Shown piece by piece: positions 57,780-64,000 of a DNA stretch of 64,000 nucleotides; position 1 is the stretch's first letter; the number at the start of each line of letters is the position of its first letter. The position numbers were made by a program, and so were the translations under genes. The stretch comes from Rhynchopus sp. YZ270_cl-10. Its lineage: Eukaryota. The stretch lies in the NCBI GenBank assembly GCA_964035575.1, contig OZ037839.1, forward strand, positions 186,001 to 250,000, in the 5' to 3' direction. The notes under the pieces were generated by a model. It had not been told where the DNA came from. It ran no database searches and saw nothing but the letters and a program-made list of their open reading frames with translations.

Positions 57780-58378
57780 GGGCAGTGCTGTAAGAATACG
57801 GGATACGTATCCGTATCCACTTTTTCATTTTTTTTACTAAGAATACGTAAGAATACGTAAGGTTAAAAAATACAGGGGTGTCCTCACAACCAGCGGCACT
57901 CACCCAGCATCACGCAGTACGGCTAGTGTCTGAAGTGTACTGAGATGCTTCCCACCTTCACTGTGCAACAGCAGCGAAGTACTCGCCTCGAGGCCATCTG
58001 TCTTCTTTTTCAAGGCAAGTGCTTTCGGACACGAGACAAGTATGGCGCAGGGCGTGAGTGGAGAGAGAGTCAGGACAGAGAGGGTGAAGTGAGAGAGTCA
58101 CTGTACGAGCAAGAGTCCCAGTCCAGCAAGTTTTAGCAAGAGTCACAGTCCTCCAGCTCCCCGCAACATCGTGCCAAACAAGACCCCGCAGCTGTCTCTC
58201 CCACACGCTCTGTACCGAGTTTTGTCTTATGTTGGGTGGGGTATGGGGTATATGGGCGGGTTGCCTTTTAAGGTGATCCAGAAAACAAGGGATACGGATA
58301 CGTATCCGGATACGGATACGTATCCGTATCCACAATTCTGAAAATCAACGTATTCTTACGTATTCTTACAGCACTGCC
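57780..58378. mobile_element. MITE C, copy 1
   Basis: TIR (G)GGCAGTGCTGTAAGAATACG. Direct paralog at 59214-59842. Confidence 0.85.
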
Positions 58379-58481
58379 GGGTCCCCCCCCCCCCCCCTTT
58401 CTGTGTATACACAGTATACACAGAAAACACAGTATACACAGTATACACAGTATACACAGAAAACACAGGGGATTGGGAGTG

Positions 58482-58991
58482 CAGTACAGTACAGTACAGT
58501 ACAGTACAGTACAGTACAGTACAGTACAGTACAGTACAGTACAGTACAGTACAGTACAGTACAGTACAGTACAGTACAGTACAGTACAGTACAGTACAGT
58601 ACAGTACAGTACAGTACAGTACAGTACAGTACAGTACAGTACAGTACAGTACAGTACAGTACAGTACAGTACAGTACAGTACAGTACAGTACAGTACAGT
58701 ACAGTACAGTACAGTACAGTACAGTACAGTACAGTACAGTACAGTACAGTACAGTACAGTACAGTACAGTACAGTACAGTACAGTACAGTACAGTACAGT
58801 ACAGTACAGTACAGTACAGTACAGTACAGTACAGTACAGTACAGTACAGTACAGTACAGTACAGTACAGTACAGTACAGTACAGTACAGTACAGTACAGT
58901 ACAGTACAGTACAGTACAGTACAGTACAGTACAGTACAGTACAGTACAGTACAGTACAGTACAGTACAGTACAGTACAGTACAGTACAGTA
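58482..58991 (+). repeat. (CAGTA)n microsatellite, 102 copies
   Basis: Perfect 5-bp period. Confidence 0.98.
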
Positions 58992-59213
58992 GCCTTATTT
59001 TGGCGTCGTTGCGGGTATTGGGGGATCTCGGGGGACTAGACTCGACACACTAGACTTGACAAAAAATACGTTGCTTTTTATTCGCTTTTTGTTCGCTTTT
59101 TCGTTCGCTTTTGGTTCGCTTTATTCGCTTTATTCGCCGGCGAATAAAGCGAATAAAAAAGCGAACCAAAAGCGAATAAAGCGAATTTTTTGTTCGCTTA
59201 CCATGTATGCCTA

Positions 59214-59842
59214 GGGCAGTGCTGTAAGAATACGGGATACGTATCCGTATCCGGATACGTATCCGTATCCACTTTTTCATTTTTTTTACTAAGAATACGT
59301 AAGAATACGTAAGGTTAAAAAGTACAGGGGAGTCCTCACAACCAGCGGCACTCGCCCAGCGTCACGCAGTACGGCTAGTGTCTGAAGTGTGTTGGGATGC
59401 TTCCCACCTTCACTGTGCAACAGCAGCGAAGTACTCGCCTCGAGGCCCTCTGTCTTCTTTTTCAAGGCTAGTGCTTTCGGACACGAGACAAGTATGGCGC
59501 ACTTGTCGCTAGTACCCCGGTGGAGTTGGGGTAGTGCAGGGGGCACCGTGAGCAGAGCGGCGTGAGTGGAGAGAGAGTCAGGACAGAGAGGGTGAAGTGA
59601 GAGAGTCACTGTACGAGCAAGAGTCCCAGTCCAGCAAGTTTTAGCAAGAGTCACAGTCCTCCAGCTCCCCGCAACATCGTGCCAAACAAGACCCCGCAGC
59701 TGTCTCTCCCACACGCTCTGTACCGAGTTTTGTCTTATGTCGGGTGGCTTTTTAAGGTGATGAAAACAAGGGATACGGATACGTATCCGTATCCACAATT
59801 CCGAAAATCAACGTATTCTTACGTATTCTTACAGCACTGCCC
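59214..59842. mobile_element. MITE C, copy 2
   Basis: TA|GGGCAGTGCTGTAAGAATACG ... CGTATTCTTACAGCACTGCCC|TA. Confidence 0.88.
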
Positions 59843-59844
59843 TA

Positions 59845-61105
59845 GGCATACATGGTAAGCGAACAAAAAATTCGCTTTATTCGCTTTTGGTTCGCTTTTT
59901 TATTCGCTTTATTCGCCGGCGAATAAAGCGAATAAAGCGAACCAAAAGCGAACGAAAAAGCGAACAAAAAGCGAATAAAAAGCAACGTATTTTTTGTCAA
60001 GTCTAGTGTGTCGAGTCTAGTCCCCCGAGATCCCCCAATACCCGCAACGACGCCAAAATAAGGCTACTGTACTGTACTGTACTGTACTGTACTGTACTGT
60101 ACTGTACTGTACTGTACTGTACTGTACTGTACTGTACTGTACTGTACTGTACTGTACTGTACTGTACTGTACTGTACTGTACTGTACTGTACTGTACTGT
60201 ACTGTACTGTACTGTACTGTACTGTACTGTACTGTACTGTACTGTACTGTACTGTACTGTACTGTACTGTACTGTACTGTACTGTACTGTACTGTACTGT
60301 ACTGTACTGTACTGTACTGTACTGTACTGTACTGTACTGTACTGTACTGTACTGTACTGTACTGTACTGTACTGTACTGTACTGTACTGTACTGTACTGT
60401 ACTGTACTGTACTGTACTGTACTGTACTGTACTGTACTGTACTGTACTGTACTGTACTGTACTGTACTGTACTGTACTGTACTGTACTGTACTGTACTGT
60501 ACTGTACTGTACTGTACTGTACTGTACTGTACTGTACTGTACTGTACTGTACTGTACTGTACTGTACTGTACTGTACTGTACTGTACTGTACTGTACTGT
60601 ACTGTACTGTACTGTACTGTACTGTACTGTACTGTACTGTACTGTACTGTACTGTACTGTACTGTACTGTACTGTACTGTACTGCACTCCCAATCCCCTG
60701 TGTTTTCTGTGTATACTGTGTATACTGTGTATACTGTGTATACTGTGTTTTCTGTGTATACTGTGTATACTGTGTATACTGTGTATACTGTGTATACTGT
60801 GTATACTGTGTATACTGTGTATACTGTGTATACTGTGTATACTGTGTATACTGTGTATACTGTGTATACTCAGTACTCAGCACCCACTAGCTCTCAGTAA
60901 GCTCTCACAGCCTGTTACGTGTCCCACGGAGACGATCATAGATCACCCAAAGGCGAATAAAAGGCGAATAAAGCGAATAAAAAAGCGAACCAAAAGCGAA
61001 TAAAGCGAATAAAAAAGCGAACCAAAAGCGAATAAAGCGAACTTTTTATTCGCTTTTTTGGAAAAGCGAATAAAGCGAATATTTTGTTCGCTTACCATGT
61101 ATGCC
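59845..61105. mobile_element. TIR element D carrying (TACTG)n and (GTATACTGT)n arrays
   Basis: TA|GGCATACATGGTAAGCGAACAAAA ... TTTTGTTCGCTTACCATGTATGCC|TA, with subterminal AAGCGAA motifs. Confidence 0.85.
60065..60684 (+). repeat. (TACTG)n microsatellite, 124 copies
   Basis: Perfect 5-bp period, followed by 9-bp GTATACTGT repeats at ~60700-60870. Confidence 0.98.
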
Positions 61106-61107
61106 TA

Positions 61108-62505
61108 GGGGGGGTCACAAGGGGGGAACCCTGCACTTTTTCAGGATTTTGTATATCCACGCGCAGAGCAGTGTCCGACCCCACAAGTCACTACCCAAAA
61201 CCCCCCAGAAAACGTCCTGGAGGCCCGAAAATACCAAAAATAGTGACCAGAAGTGACCAGAAAATCAAAATTCTGAAAAAAAAAGGGGTCGTGGGACAGG
61301 GTCTGTACCTTGCCTATTCCTATTTTTTAGCACATAAACAAGATATGGCCATGGCAACAGCCCATGACTCATATTCTAGGAAGTAAAGGATACATCTTGA
61401 CTAATGTCATCTAAGTGCGTTTGAATACAGCCAAAAGAAGACAAGACGGTCACCTGGCATCTGTATTTTGTGGGTCGTAGTGACCAATGTATACACACGC
61501 TTAGGTACCCACACCATTAATAGGCCAGGGAGTGATCAATTTAGGGAAGAAAATTAGTCAGGTGTAAATTATCAAGCAGATCTGCCGTCACTGCCTCACC
61601 CGGTGCCTCAGGGTACCTCCCCTTCAAAAAAAAACACCTCGTATGACTTTCCAGGTATTGCAATGACCAATTACCCCCCTTGGTTTTGCAGTTCAGTCTG
61701 CAATAGCCCTGTACTAGACACGTATATGGATATCCAGTCGTGGACTCGACTTAAGCACCGCCCCTCATCTGCCTTGTCTTCTTTATCTTCTTAGACCCAC
61801 ACTCAGATTATTGTGGGAGGAAAGAGACATCCCTCGTGGATACGGACAGGCACGCCACAACAGCGGCAAGAGCGGGGTGTCCTCAAAGCTCACAAGGGCA
61901 AGGGACGCCGTCTTGGGGAACTTACGCACACTGCTCCAATGTGGCAAGGCCAGACTGCTTGAAGACAAGCTGTGCGCAATGACCCGCGAGGATGCGCGTG
62001 GGAGGCCCAATACACCACACACGTCACTTCCCTCCCCTTTTCGCGCGTGTTCCTAACCCAATTTCACCAGGGCCGGCAGAATCGCCTCTGAGGACACCTT
62101 CAGCAGGCCCATTCCACAGTGGATACGGCGCTTTGCCTTTACTGCCATTCCACTGCGTCTACACAAGGATTTTAGAGCGGACTTGGCGTAAAACCGCCTA
62201 TACAGTATCCCCGACACTTTTCCCGCCCTCTCAATGCGTCCCAACGGTGTTTTTAATGGTTTTTGATTGTACCCCGATTTGAAAGGTGCCCAGGTACAAA
62301 CCCTGTCCCAGGCCGATTTTTTTATTTTGAAAAATTCGAATTAGACCCCCACAAGTGCTCAGAAGTGTCCAAAACCAGGCGGAATTGAATTGTAGGTCAC
62401 CTGGGGACCATATTTTCTGGTTTTTCGAGGTGATGTCCATTTTTTGCTCAAAAAAAATTTTTTTTGGTCGGGGTCCCCACTTTTTACATGGGATGTGACC
62501 CCCCC
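61108..62505. mobile_element. TIR element E
   Basis: TA|GGGGGGGTCACA ... TGTGACCCCCCC|TA. Subterminal IR ~61290-61312 / ~62290-62312. Confidence 0.7.
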
Positions 62506-62525
62506 TACCCCCCCCCCCCCCCCCC

Positions 62526-63518
62526 CAGTGTTCCTAATTTTGCGTTTAAAACGTTTAAAACGTTTTAAACGTTTTAAATTATTTAAAACGCGTTTTAAAC
62601 GTTTTAAACGTTTTAAACGTTTAAAACTCGAATAAAAAACGGGTGACAGTTCTGCACAAAAAAACGTAAAAAAAGTGGGGGGAATTTTTCGAATTTTTTT
62701 TTTCTGTATCAAAAATCATAGTTTTGGTGCATCTGGGGTCAATTTAGCCTGGTTTTTCTTGGTTTCTCCTGCTAACTTGTTTCCTGTACGGTACCCTAAT
62801 GAGTGCGCTAAAACCTGGCTGATCAAGCGCTTGGTGCCAGCATTTGATGTGTCAAAAATTCCCAGCGGGTTCCAGATGGGTAACAGGGTACTTAAGGCTG
62901 AGTATGACAGGGTCATGGTTCCTGTGAGAGCAGCCCTAGCAAAGAGCCTGCACATCTCGGTATACGTTGATGGCTGGAAGGCGCACAACGACGAGAAGGT
63001 GTTCACCCTTGTCGCGAGGGTGCGGATGCCCGCCCTGTAAGCACAAAAGTTTTGGAGGAGGACTTGCACAATGCGGAGGAGATCTGCACGCACCTGCATG
63101 AGAAAAAGATAAGTTGAGTGGGCTAGTGTGTGATGGGGACACCATGGGACACCACTGTGTCTTCTCTGTCCACAACAGCAGCGGCGGACGACCTGGAGAA
63201 GTTCATGCGGGTGGAGGACTCCCCTGGTAGAGCTGCTGCGATATCGACTAAGCTACCTGCAGGCGACAGCTGGCTTGCCGGAGCGATAGAGACTGTGGAG
63301 GAGACGGGAGCCTATCGCCACAGCGTACGCGCACCCTTACTGGACCACGACCCCGTGTCACCGTGGGAGTGGGATCGTACGCTGAATGACGTGCTGATCA
63401 CCAAAGCCAAAATTCACCACCGTTTTTTATTCGAGTTTAAAACGTTTAAAACAGTTTAAAACGTTTAGAATTTAAAACGTTTAAAACGTTTAGTTTAAAA
63501 CTAGCGTTAGGAACACTG
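62526..63518 (+). mobile_element. Internally deleted hAT transposon with a transposase remnant
   Basis: TIR CAGTGTTCCTAA ... TTAGGAACACTG, subterminal TTTAAAACG arrays, poly-C on both sides. Peptide ...IPSGFQMGNRVLKAEYDRV...HISVYVDGW (~62790-63040) resembles the region around the first catalytic Asp of hAT. Confidence 0.75.
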
Positions 63519-64000
63519 CCCCCCCCCCCCCCCCTAGGGCCAGCGACTCCACTGCTTTATAGCCGGGGGCCATTCGTACTAAAACCTCTCACGGTATTTC
63601 TGGCCATTTCCAAGCCACCTCTGGTCGGAAAACCCCCCAGAACTGGGTCAGAAACACCCTGTGACCCGAAAATTCATGCTAAGGGCGACTCAGAATATGC
63701 TAAAATGCAAAAAAATAGTGAAAAAGTGGCTTTTTGACGATTTTGGCCATGTTGGGCAAAATGGCCATTTTTGGTGAAAAAAGTCAAAAAAACAGCAAAA
63801 TTTCGACATCATGATAGCTGCTTGGGCACCAAACTGCCCCAGGGAGGTCCTGTGCGTCCATTCCGACCTGTTTTGGACACTTTAGGCACTTTTTTTGGCC
63901 GTTTTTTGGTGTTTTTATGGTAAAAAACGTCCTATGATAGTCCTATACTAGGTGCACGAAACCGTTTGTCCCACAGTCTGGACCAATATGGGGGCCCACA

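Noticed and set aside
1..64000. tRNA, rRNA or telomeric repeats
   Set aside because: No cloverleaf, rRNA motif or (TTAGGG)n tract recognised by eye; tRNAscan/Infernal not run

Overview
Eukaryotic genomic DNA, most likely a euglenozoan such as a diplonemid. This is inferred from a kinetoplastid-type HSP70 motif ([20 protein letters not shown]), amastin-like genes, intronless CDSs and intact genes all on one strand. The window holds a paralogous family of secreted proteins built as signal peptide + tandem ~131-aa CUB-like repeats + C-terminal WD40 propeller. Two copies are intact (7754-13483, 50096-52669). A third is split into two oppositely oriented halves (44806-47409 and 39343-41300) that rejoin almost to the base. 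There are also two tandem amastin-like 4-TM genes, a frameshifted HSP70 pseudogene, and a dense, nested population of non-autonomous DNA transposons (hAT-, piggyBac-, Tc1/mariner-like, foldback and hairpin types), several carrying GTAC-containing microsatellites. Best candidates for novel biology: (1) antibody-like Tyr/Ser/Asn-rich hypervariable loops on a near-invariant repeated CUB scaffold, with mosaic repeat shuffling; (2) an end-to-end stack of different G-terminal TIR elements separated by TA-C(n)-TA spacers (55.5-64 kb); (3) two otherwise dissimilar elements sharing a 23-nt GCGAAGC mini-hairpin core and the same architecture. All family assignments come from motif recognition by eye, with no database search.
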